This document shows positions 41,650 through 49,645 of a stretch of 64,000 nucleotides of DNA, one piece after another. The position numbers were made by a program, and so were the translations under genes. The notes beneath the pieces were generated by a model. The model was given only the letters and a program-made list of their open reading frames with translations, had not been told where the DNA came from and ran no database searches. The stretch's first letter is position 1; every line of letters begins with the position of its first letter. This DNA is from Candidatus Daviesbacteria bacterium (lineage in GTDB: Bacteria > Patescibacteriota > Microgenomatia > Daviesbacterales > UBA10151): NCBI GenBank assembly GCA_028712705.1, contig JAQTPP010000003.1, positions 52-64,051 of the forward strand, in the 5' to 3' direction.

Positions 41650-42287
41650 ATAGTCTACAGTCTACAGTCTACCGTCTACGGCGATTACGGAAGTCGGAAG
41701 TCGGAAGTCGGAAGACCTTTTCAAACGGATTAACCCTGATTGAAGTCCTGGTGGCTATGGGGATTGCTGCCACAGCGGGAGTGTTGCTCTTAGTTATTAT
41801 TGTAAATAGCGCCGGACTGTTTACAGAACAATCTTCAAAGGTCCAGGAGGGTTTAAATAGCAATGATGCTCTTTCTGCTCTGCGGAGAGATATAAAGCAA
41901 GCGAGCGCAGTGGCGCTGTCTTATACAGACGGTTTAACTACATACTCGTCAAATGCCAGTCAGCTTGTCTTGAAAGTATCTTCTATTGATGATGTCGGTA
42001 ACACCATTGATAATATTTTTGACTATTTTATTTTGTATTTGGATCAGAGGGCTGTTCATCTTAAAATCTTTCCGGATGCGGTAAGTTCCAGAAAAGCGTT
42101 AGACCGCGTCTTTGCGACAAATGTTGATAACTTAAAATTTCAATATTTGGATTCTGCAAATCCTCCGGTTGAAGTAATTCCTGCAAGCGCTGCCAAGGTT
42201 CGCGTCACTTTGACCTTAAACACAAAAATTGGCACCAGCTTTACAACAAGTACGGCTACAACGGAAGCAAATTTGAGAAATGATTAA
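41646..42287 (+). CDS. Type IV pilin-like protein with unusually long repeat-encoded leader
   Basis: SNGLTLIEVLVAMGIAA prepilin signal, preceded by a 28-aa leader encoded by heptamer repeats. Confidence 0.6.
   Translation: MNSLQSTVYRLRRLRKSEVGSRKTFSNGLTLIEVLVAMGIAATAGVLLLVIIVNSAGLFTEQSSKVQEGLNSNDALSALRRDIKQASAVALSYTDGLTTYSSNASQLVLKVSSIDDVGNTIDNIFDYFILYLDQRAVHLKIFPDAVSSRKALDRVFATNVDNLKFQYLDSANPPVEVIPASAAKVRVTLTLNTKIGTSFTTSTATTEANLRND
41651..41713. repeat. Tandem heptamers (AGTCTAC)x3 + CGTCTAC, then (GGAAGTC)x3.7
   Basis: atgaat agtctac agtctac agtctac cgtctac ggcgattac ggaagtc ggaagtc ggaagtc ggaag, at the 5' end of the pilin gene. Confidence 0.75.
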
Positions 42288-44160
42288 AAACTTTTTCAGA
42301 ACTCAAAGCGACAATGGGGGCGAGGCGGGGCAAATTTTCCTTTTAGTCCTTGTGGCTTTAGGTGTGGTTCTTTTTACGGTTTTGTCTATTGTTGCGGGAG
42401 CTCAACTTTATTATCAGAATTCATCTTATTCTTTGGATGTCGAGAAAGCAACAGTAATAGCTGAAGCAGGAGTTGATAAAGCTATTACTTCTTTAAATAA
42501 AACAGGAGGTAGTTATTTGGGAGAAGCGGAAACTACTCTAGGTGACGGATCCTATTCCGTTACAATAACTTCCAAAGACGCTGCCACCAAAATTATTGAG
42601 TCAATAGGTTATATACCGGATAAATCCAAGGCAAAAGTGAAAAGAAGTGTTAAAATAACTGCATCAAGAGGTGTGGGTACAGCTTTTGTTTATGGGGTAC
42701 AAGTGGGAGAAGGGGGGTTGACGTTAGGTAATAGCAATATTATTACCGGGACAATTTATTCAAATGGTTCGGTAAGTACGGTTGGAGGTGGAAACGGAAA
42801 TGAAATTACAGGAGATGTTTGGGTGGCGGGAGGACCACAGGCAATAGCTGACCGGCAGACTGATTGTACCGGCAGCAATTGTACAGATTTTACATTTGGT
42901 ACTTCTGTTTCTGGTTCAAGCCGTCTGGATGTGGCTCAAAGCTTTCAGCCGTCAGTATCAAATATTTTGAATAAAGTGTCTTTAAAAGTGAAAAAAATCG
43001 GTAATCCTTCGGATGTAACTGTACGTATCATGGCAGACAAATCTGGCCAGCCTGATAAGAATCATATTTTAGCAACCGGCACATTATATAGCAATCTGGT
43101 CAGTACCAATTATCCAATTGATAACTGGATAGATGTTACCTTCGACACTTTGTCTAATTTAACAACCGGTGTTACCTATTGGATCATGATTGATACGTCA
43201 TCAAATCCTTCAAATTATTGGGCTTGGCAAAGTGATCTTGCCAAAAGCTACACCTGCGGTAATCCGGATGTTTGTTTAGGAATGTGGTCGTCTGACTGGT
43301 CTTCAGGCAACCCCAGCTGGGCAGCCGTTAGTCCTGGCGATGATCTTTCTTTTAAAACCTTTATGGGAGGTGCTCCAACTATTGTAGATGGCGGAGCAGG
43401 TAAAGGTATTTTAGTTAAAAAAGACGCTCAAGGCAATGGAGGAAATGTCCATGCCAATACTATTAAAAATGTTGATATGCAAGGGGATGCTTATTATCAG
43501 ACCATTGAAAATTCTACAGCTGCAAGCTTACACCCCAATTCTCCTGATTCCCCGCCTAAAGTTTTTCCCATTTCTGATGCCAATGTTTTAGATTGGGAAA
43601 ATCAGGCACGTGATGCCGGTGTAACTACAGGCGATATCACAACTTGTGTCAATGTCTTAGGGCCCGGGAAAATTGTTGGTAATGTTACTTTCGACAGCCA
43701 CTGCGCCATAACCATAAAATCACCCATCTGGATTACCGGAAACTTAACTTTCAATACCAACAATACTCTTACCTTATCTTCGGAATATGGTTTGACATCT
43801 GGAATAATAGTAGTGGGAGACGGGGTTAGTGGCGGTATTGTCAATTTGGGTAGTAATAACCAGTTACGAGGAACAGGGATCGGTAGTAGCTTACTAATGA
43901 TTTTATCTAACTATGATTCCAGATCGAACGGGGTGTCTGCCATTGTTATTAACAATACCGGCAACTCAGGAGTTTTCTACGCTTCAAAAGGTATCATTGA
44001 ACCGGGGAATAGAAATACTTTTAAAGAGTTAACTGCCTGGGGAATAAAACTTATAAATAATGGTATCCTTAATTATGAGACAGGTTTATCTAGTACTCTT
44101 TTCCAGTCAGGACCCTCCGGCACCTATTCCCTGGTTAAAGGAACATATCAGGTAAGGTGA
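42280..44160 (+). CDS. Large pilus-associated protein (possible tip adhesin/PilY1-PilX analogue)
   Basis: 626 aa. N-terminal hydrophobic helix after a GGEAGQ motif. Gly/Thr/Asn-rich beta-like repeats. Position within the pilin operon. Confidence 0.5.
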   Translation: MIKNFFRTQSDNGGEAGQIFLLVLVALGVVLFTVLSIVAGAQLYYQNSSYSLDVEKATVIAEAGVDKAITSLNKTGGSYLGEAETTLGDGSYSVTITSKDAATKIIESIGYIPDKSKAKVKRSVKITASRGVGTAFVYGVQVGEGGLTLGNSNIITGTIYSNGSVSTVGGGNGNEITGDVWVAGGPQAIADRQTDCTGSNCTDFTFGTSVSGSSRLDVAQSFQPSVSNILNKVSLKVKKIGNPSDVTVRIMADKSGQPDKNHILATGTLYSNLVSTNYPIDNWIDVTFDTLSNLTTGVTYWIMIDTSSNPSNYWAWQSDLAKSYTCGNPDVCLGMWSSDWSSGNPSWAAVSPGDDLSFKTFMGGAPTIVDGGAGKGILVKKDAQGNGGNVHANTIKNVDMQGDAYYQTIENSTAASLHPNSPDSPPKVFPISDANVLDWENQARDAGVTTGDITTCVNVLGPGKIVGNVTFDSHCAITIKSPIWITGNLTFNTNNTLTLSSEYGLTSGIIVVGDGVSGGIVNLGSNNQLRGTGIGSSLLMILSNYDSRSNGVSAIVINNTGNSGVFYASKGIIEPGNRNTFKELTAWGIKLINNGILNYETGLSSTLFQSGPSGTYSLVKGTYQVR

Positions 44161-45233
44161 CGCTTTGCGTCAAATATGTTAATCTAGATATAATGTCCAA
44201 AATTAATGTTGGTTTAGATATAGGCTTTTCTTCTATTAAAGTAGTTTCGCTGGCAAAAGATCAAGATCGGTACAAACTTGTTTCTTTGGGTTCTACCCCA
44301 TCTCCCCAACCCGGCATTATTTCTGATGTCGATGAAGACCTGGAGGTTCTTGCAGGCTCTATTAAAAAACTTCTTACAGCTGCAAATATTGATCAAAGAG
44401 AAGTCATTGCGGCGCTACCCGAATCAAAAGTTTTTACAAGAGTTATCGATGATTTGCCTTACCTCACAGATGCAGAGCTTAACAGCGCTATACATTATGC
44501 TGCCGAAGAATTTATCCCGATGCCTCTATCCGATGTCAATTTAAATTGGCAGGTTTTGGTTCGTTCCGAAGCAAAGGGGAAAAATGCTAAGACGGTAGTG
44601 CTGGTAATAGCCTCTCCTAAAAATGCAGTACTAAAATATATCAAAGTTTTGGATAAAGCAGGGCTTCGCGCCAAAGTTTTGGAGACAGAAATAATAGCAG
44701 TTACCAGGTCACTGGTCGGGAATGATCCTTTTTCACCCAGTACTTTGATTATGCAGCTTGGTGCAACAACTACTGATTTTGCTGCTGTTTCTAAGGGTTT
44801 AATATGGCTTACCCGTTCAATTTCAACCGGAGGCATTGCATTGACCAGATCACTGGTTCAGCATTTCAATTTTGAAATGAATCAAGCGGAGCAATATAAG
44901 AAAATCTATGGAATAATGGAGGATCAGCTGGAGGGTAAAGTCTTCGAAGCGCTGAAACCGGTAATAGATATTATAGCCGGAGAAGGACGGCGTGTCATTC
45001 AAGCTTTTGAAACAAAATATCCCTCAAACCCGATAAAAAGAGTAATTGTTTCAGGAGGCGGCGCTAAAATGCCCGGGCTTGTTATTTACCTTGCGAACGT
45101 TTTTGGGTTGGAAGTACAGGAAGCCGATCCATGGTATTCAATTGTGAAGGAAAAAGATGTGGTTTTGAAACTGTCACAAGACAGCTCTTCGTACTCGGCT
45201 GCAGTCGGGTTGGCATTAAGAACTGAAGACTGA
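44157..45233 (+). CDS. pilM: Type IV pilus assembly protein PilM (actin-like ATPase)
   Basis: VGLDIGFSSIKVV, with GG and SGGGA motifs of the actin/HSP70 fold. Confidence 0.85.
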   Translation: MTLCVKYVNLDIMSKINVGLDIGFSSIKVVSLAKDQDRYKLVSLGSTPSPQPGIISDVDEDLEVLAGSIKKLLTAANIDQREVIAALPESKVFTRVIDDLPYLTDAELNSAIHYAAEEFIPMPLSDVNLNWQVLVRSEAKGKNAKTVVLVIASPKNAVLKYIKVLDKAGLRAKVLETEIIAVTRSLVGNDPFSPSTLIMQLGATTTDFAAVSKGLIWLTRSISTGGIALTRSLVQHFNFEMNQAEQYKKIYGIMEDQLEGKVFEALKPVIDIIAGEGRRVIQAFETKYPSNPIKRVIVSGGGAKMPGLVIYLANVFGLEVQEADPWYSIVKEKDVVLKLSQDSSSYSAAVGLALRTED

Positions 45234-45255
45234 TGGCTGACGGCTAGTTAAAAAT

Positions 45256-45795
45256 ATGGCTAGAATTTTAATCAATTTACTCCCGCCCGAAGTTATGGCG
45301 CAGGAGCTAAAAAAAGCGAAATTTTACAAGATTCAATTTGCCGGAATTATTATTGTACTGATAATGGTTTTTCTAGCTTCTTTGACGCTGGCTCTGCGGA
45401 TTTTGCAGAATCAAAGCATTGCGGTTATTCAAGCAACGTTGGCACAGGAGGAACAAAAAGTTTCTGATCTGAAAGGTACCCAGGCATCGTTATTCCTTTT
45501 GAAAAACCGGCTTAACGGAATTGATCAATATTTTGGAAAATCTTCGCAGCAATCATCGATGTATAAATTAATCGATAAATTAATTCCAGTTTCCGTCTTA
45601 GTCAACGCAATTACTATTGATAAGACTGGCGGGGCGGTAGTTCTGGCAACAGTACCCGATTCTGCAAGTTTAGATAACTTAGTTAATAATTTGACGAACA
45701 AAGAAGTAAATGAAAGTAAAATTAGCCAAGTTTCTGTTGAAACCTTGAATCGGGGTCGGGATGGTTTTTACAGAATTGGTTTTAAAATTAAGTAA
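45256..45795 (+). CDS. PilN-like bitopic inner-membrane protein
   Basis: INLLPPE motif followed by a single TM helix. Position after pilM. Confidence 0.6.
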   Translation: MARILINLLPPEVMAQELKKAKFYKIQFAGIIIVLIMVFLASLTLALRILQNQSIAVIQATLAQEEQKVSDLKGTQASLFLLKNRLNGIDQYFGKSSQQSSMYKLIDKLIPVSVLVNAITIDKTGGAVVLATVPDSASLDNLVNNLTNKEVNESKISQVSVETLNRGRDGFYRIGFKIK

Positions 45796-45806
45796 GCCAT
45801 AATAAC

Positions 45807-46505
45807 ATGATAAAAAAAGAGATAGTTTTACAGTTTTATTCCCATTACAAATTGTATATTTTTCCTGCGGTAGTCGCGCTATCAAGCCTTTTTTTGATCA
45901 TATTTGCAATTTATCCTCAAACAGCTAAATTAATCGAAAATCAGAAAGTTGCGGGAGATCTGATGAATAAATCTAAATTTTTAGCAACAAACGTTGCTGC
46001 TCTGGAAAGCGTAAACGGTGAAGATTTAGCTCAAAAAATAGGAATTGCCCTCAATGTTTTTCCTACGGAAAAAGATTATGGTAAGGTTTTAGGTTTGCTG
46101 CAAGGATTGGCTGCGCAGTCGGGATTCATAATTTCTTCCATTACATTAAGTAATACCTCTGGTAAAGTCGGAAATGCGAGCAGTTACGAAATAAAACTGG
46201 AGATTAAAGGGCCCAAGACTCTATTTCAAAATTTCATAACTAATTTGGAAAACTTACCCCGGATAATAAGAGTAAGCAGTATTGATATTTCATCCAATCA
46301 AGCCTCGGAAACTATTAGTACAAACGTTGTCATAGAAGCTTTGTATTCTTCTATGCCCCAAACTTTTGGTGCAGTAGATTCCCCTCTGCCTTCGTTTAGC
46401 CAAACAGAGGAAGAATTACTGATTGCTCTATCAAAGATTAGTTTTACTGCAAGTTCTTCTGCTGTTTCGACTTCTCAAAGAGGAAAAACTAATCCGTTTG
46501 AGTGA
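45807..46505 (+). CDS. PilO-like bitopic membrane protein
   Basis: Single TM helix with a periplasmic domain. Position after pilN. Confidence 0.5.
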   Translation: MIKKEIVLQFYSHYKLYIFPAVVALSSLFLIIFAIYPQTAKLIENQKVAGDLMNKSKFLATNVAALESVNGEDLAQKIGIALNVFPTEKDYGKVLGLLQGLAAQSGFIISSITLSNTSGKVGNASSYEIKLEIKGPKTLFQNFITNLENLPRIIRVSSIDISSNQASETISTNVVIEALYSSMPQTFGAVDSPLPSFSQTEEELLIALSKISFTASSSAVSTSQRGKTNPFE

Positions 46506-47202
46506 GCAGGTCCGGGCGGATTTTTTTGGTTTTTTCCAAAGATTTTTGTTCTCTCCATTTGGCTATCTCGGCATGGTTTCCGGATAATAATACTTTTGGT
46601 ACTTTTGATTCTTCAAATTCTTCCGGTCTGGTATATTGGGGGTGTTCAAGTAATCCTTCTGAAAAAGACTCATTTACAGTAGCTTCGGGTTTTTCTAGGA
46701 CGCCGGGAATCAGTCTGGTGATGGAATCTACAATGACCATGGCCGGGATTTCTCCTCCTGTCAAAACATAATCCCCTATGGAAATTTCTTCATCCACATA
46801 TTTGTCAATAAACCGCTGATCCACTCCTTCGTAATGTCCGCATATGACGATCAGATGATTTATTTTGGAAAATTCCAGAGCTTTTTTCTGTTTATAAGGG
46901 TATCCTGATGCCGACATTAAAATAATTTTTAATCCCTCGACTTCGCTCGGGACAAGTTTTAAATTTTTAATTCTTAAAAGAATAGACTTTAATGCACGAG
47001 TTAAAACGTCAGGTTTCAATACCATGCCTGCCCCACCGCTATAAGGTCGGTCGTCAACTACTTTGTGTCTTCCCCCGCCAAAGTCACGAAGATTAACCAG
47101 CTCAAATTCAACCAAACCTTTTTTTTGTGCCCGTTTAAGGATTGATGAATCTAAAATCGGATTAAAGACTTCCGGAAATAAAGTGACAATGGAGATTTTC
47201 AT
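46489..47202 (-). CDS. trmD: tRNA (guanine37-N1)-methyltransferase
   Basis: [11 protein letters not shown]...DDRPYSGGAGMVLKP and GHYEGVDQR motifs. Confidence 0.9.
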   Translation of the reverse strand: MKISIVTLFPEVFNPILDSSILKRAQKKGLVEFELVNLRDFGGGRHKVVDDRPYSGGAGMVLKPDVLTRALKSILLRIKNLKLVPSEVEGLKIILMSASGYPYKQKKALEFSKINHLIVICGHYEGVDQRFIDKYVDEEISIGDYVLTGGEIPAMVIVDSITRLIPGVLEKPEATVNESFSEGLLEHPQYTRPEEFEESKVPKVLLSGNHAEIAKWREQKSLEKTKKIRPDLLTQTD

Positions 47203-47483
47203 TGCGAGGAAGCCGATTTATCGGCTGACGTGGCAATCTCTTGGGGGGATACAGGTTCGGTTAATTGCAAATTTACTCTGATATTCTCAGCGATGGCTCT
47301 AACAGTTAAAAGCTTGCGGATCGCTCTGATTGTTTGGCCGTTCTTTCCGATAATCAGACCCATGTCTGTCGGGTCAACTGTCAGGTTTAGATTGATATTT
47401 TCGTTGTCTTTTTGTTCCTCAACCGAAACAGCTTCCGGCTTGGTAACCAAATTGGTTACGATAAAATTAAGCAGGTCTTTCAT
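47199..47483 (-). CDS. KH-domain RNA-binding protein (YlqC/UPF0109 family)
   Basis: [17 protein letters not shown] is the KH GXXG motif. Sits between rpsP and trmD. Confidence 0.75.
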   Translation of the reverse strand: MKDLLNFIVTNLVTKPEAVSVEEQKDNENINLNLTVDPTDMGLIIGKNGQTIRAIRKLLTVRAIAENIRVNLQLTEPVSPQEIATSADKSASSQ

Positions 47484-48036
47484 TTTTCTCGCTTTCTGGG
47501 GTGGGCTCGATGTTAGCCTGCTCGCCAGTCAAACTCGCCTCACTCGCTCCGCTCGTGACCGGCTCGGATGGCGTCACGCTCGTCATAGCTTGAGCCTTTT
47601 GGCCATCCTCACCTGGCTCAGACAAAGACTGGTCTGCGCTGGCTTTAACATCTTCGCTCTTCTCGCCTACCTCTGGCTCGGGTTTTGTTGTCTCTTTGGT
47701 TACCTCTTCTTTAGGAGTTTCTTCTACTTGTTTTTCTGTTTTTACCTGTTCACTGTCACCTGTTGCCTGTTTACTTTCTTTTTTTGGTTTTCTTGGTGGC
47801 CTTTGAGGGGCTTTACCGGTGATTCTAAGGAAACCGGTGGACATCTGTGCCCCTTGTTTAACCCAGTGATCAATCCTGTCTTGCTTAAGCTTAATATCTT
47901 TAGGTTCTGTTAAAGGGTTGTATGTTCCAAGCAATTCTATGCAGGCACCTGTCCTTTTGGCACGTTCATCAACAACTACCACCCGGTAAAATGGCTTTTT
48001 CTTGGCACCGATTCTCATTAAGCGAATTTTTAGCAT
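47467..48036 (-). CDS. rpsP: 30S ribosomal protein S16 with long charged C-terminal extension
   Basis: [23 protein letters not shown] core, about 85 aa. Followed by a roughly 100-aa K/E/P/T-rich extension encoded by a GC-rich tract. Confidence 0.9.
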   Translation of the reverse strand: MLKIRLMRIGAKKKPFYRVVVVDERAKRTGACIELLGTYNPLTEPKDIKLKQDRIDHWVKQGAQMSTGFLRITGKAPQRPPRKPKKESKQATGDSEQVKTEKQVEETPKEEVTKETTKPEPEVGEKSEDVKASADQSLSEPGEDGQKAQAMTSVTPSEPVTSGASEASLTGEQANIEPTPESEKNERPA

Positions 48037-48063
48037 GGGGTTAAGTATATAGATGACGAAGCT

Positions 48064-48753
48064 TTAAGTCAATCCTTGCAAAGCTTGTTTTGCTGCTTGT
48101 TCTTCGGCCACCTGTTTACTGCTACCAGAGCCTCGTCCTGTTTCCTTGCCGGAAATATATACTGCTACAGTGAATTTCTTGGCATGGTCCGGCCCATAGG
48201 TTTGCAAAATTTTATAGTGCGGGGATTCCTTGAATTTTTGCTGGACTATTTCCTGCAATAAGGATTTTGCATCTTTTGGCGGACCCGACTTTAACTCTTT
48301 TTCGAAAAAAGGAAGCAATGTTTTGTCTATAACTTTCCTGGCAATTTCCAAACCCTGGTCTAAAAACAAACTTCCAATCAATGCTTCGTATGTGTTTGCC
48401 AGAAGTTGAGGATTACTTCTGCCTCCTGAAAGTTCTTCTCCTTTGGAAAGGCTTAAATATTTACCTAAATTTAAGTTTTTTGCGGCTTTATACAATGATT
48501 TGGTTTTGACAATATGCGCCCTAAGATTTGTTAAATCCCCCTCTGTGTCTGTAGCTCTTAGGCTGTATAGGTAATAAGAAATTACAAGGGATAAAACAGA
48601 ATCACCCAAAAATTCCAGACGCTCGTTGGATTGAAGGCTAACTTTGACCTCGTTTAAATAAGACCGGTGTAGAAAGGCTTGTTTCAGCAGTTTTGGGTTT
48701 TTGAATTTTAAGTTAAGAGTTTCAAGAAGACCGGTAAAATCATTATTCGACAT
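48064..48753 (-). CDS. rnc: Ribonuclease III
   Basis: ERLEFLGDSVLSLVIS signature and C-terminal dsRBD. Confidence 0.9.
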   Translation of the reverse strand: MSNNDFTGLLETLNLKFKNPKLLKQAFLHRSYLNEVKVSLQSNERLEFLGDSVLSLVISYYLYSLRATDTEGDLTNLRAHIVKTKSLYKAAKNLNLGKYLSLSKGEELSGGRSNPQLLANTYEALIGSLFLDQGLEIARKVIDKTLLPFFEKELKSGPPKDAKSLLQEIVQQKFKESPHYKILQTYGPDHAKKFTVAVYISGKETGRGSGSSKQVAEEQAAKQALQGLT

Positions 48754-48989
48754 TATTCTAATAAATTATCCTCAATTAAAACGATCAGATCATCTATGGT
48801 TTTTAAATCTTCTATCTCCACGGCATCAAAACTTACATCAAATTTTTGAGATAAATCTGAAAGAAGATCGTTTAACTCTATTGGGCCTAAATTTAACTCC
48901 TCTTGCAGCAGCGCATGACGATCCAGATCCTCCGAGGTGAGGCCCAGATGTTCCGCAATCGCTTTAATGATTTCTACTTCGGTATTCAT
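48753..48989 (-). CDS. Acyl-carrier-protein-like protein lacking the conserved phosphopantetheinyl-Ser
   Basis: Aligns with ACP helices I-III (IIKAIAEHLGL...LQEELNLGPIELNDLLSDL...F). The DSL Ser is replaced (GPIEL). Confidence 0.6.
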   Translation of the reverse strand: MNTEVEIIKAIAEHLGLTSEDLDRHALLQEELNLGPIELNDLLSDLSQKFDVSFDAVEIEDLKTIDDLIVLIEDNLLE

Positions 48990-49037
48990 TTATGTTTCAG
49001 GTCCTTACGTTTTTGACGATTAGTCAAAAAGGCAAGG

Positions 49038-49403
49038 TTAAGTCCTTATTTTTTTAATTTCAACTAATTTTCCCAAGGCGCCGTTAATAAAACTCGCAGA
49101 AGAATCAGAGCCGTATTCCTTGCCTAATTCAACTGCCTCATCAATAACCACCTTCGGAGGTGCCTCTTTATCTATTATCATCTCAAAAACAGCAAGACGC
49201 AAGATGGCTAAATCAACTTTATTAATTTGTACAATAGGCCGGTCCGGCGCAGATTCACTAATTAATTTATCAATTTTAGACAAATGAGAAACTATTTCGC
49301 GAATTTGCAGTGGCGGTTTTTTATCATCCTTGAATTGCCAGGAGAATAACTCTTGCACGAGCTTCATTCTTTTCAGGTGCCTTGGGTCAGACTTTTTCTT
49401 CAT
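49038..49403 (-). CDS. nusB: Transcription antitermination factor NusB
   Basis: DLAILRLAVFE...IDEAVELGKEYGSDSSASFINGALGKL. Start reassigned to ATG 49403, which overlaps the rpmF TGA. Confidence 0.8.
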   Translation of the reverse strand: MKKKSDPRHLKRMKLVQELFSWQFKDDKKPPLQIREIVSHLSKIDKLISESAPDRPIVQINKVDLAILRLAVFEMIIDKEAPPKVVIDEAVELGKEYGSDSSASFINGALGKLVEIKKIRT

Positions 49404-49597
49404 GCCTTCGTTACTTTGACTTTTTGCTTTGCAGTTACAGCTTTTCCTCCATAAAATCCACATTCTTTACAGACTACATGAGGTAAAGTTAATTTACTGC
49501 AGTTTTTGCAAGTTACAAGATTAATCGCCAGTTTTATTGCGGCTCTTCTTGTACGTTTGCGTGCTTTAGAATGTCTTCGTTTTGGTTCTGATGCCAT
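49400..49597 (-). CDS. rpmF: 50S ribosomal protein L32
   Basis: PKRRHSKARKRTRRA with a CxxC...CxxC zinc ribbon. Confidence 0.8.
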   Translation of the reverse strand: MASEPKRRHSKARKRTRRAAIKLAINLVTCKNCSKLTLPHVVCKECGFYGGKAVTAKQKVKVTKA

Positions 49598-49645
49598 AAT
49601 AATAGGACCACCTCCGAGGAGTCCATTCGGTCACCTCGTGGACAG

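Noticed and set aside
47230-47913. 227-aa plus-strand ORF antisense to rpsP and the KH-domain gene
   Set aside because: Antisense to two conserved genes. The translation is low-complexity (Leu/Phe/Cys-rich) with no motif. A reverse-frame artefact of the GC-rich S16 tail.
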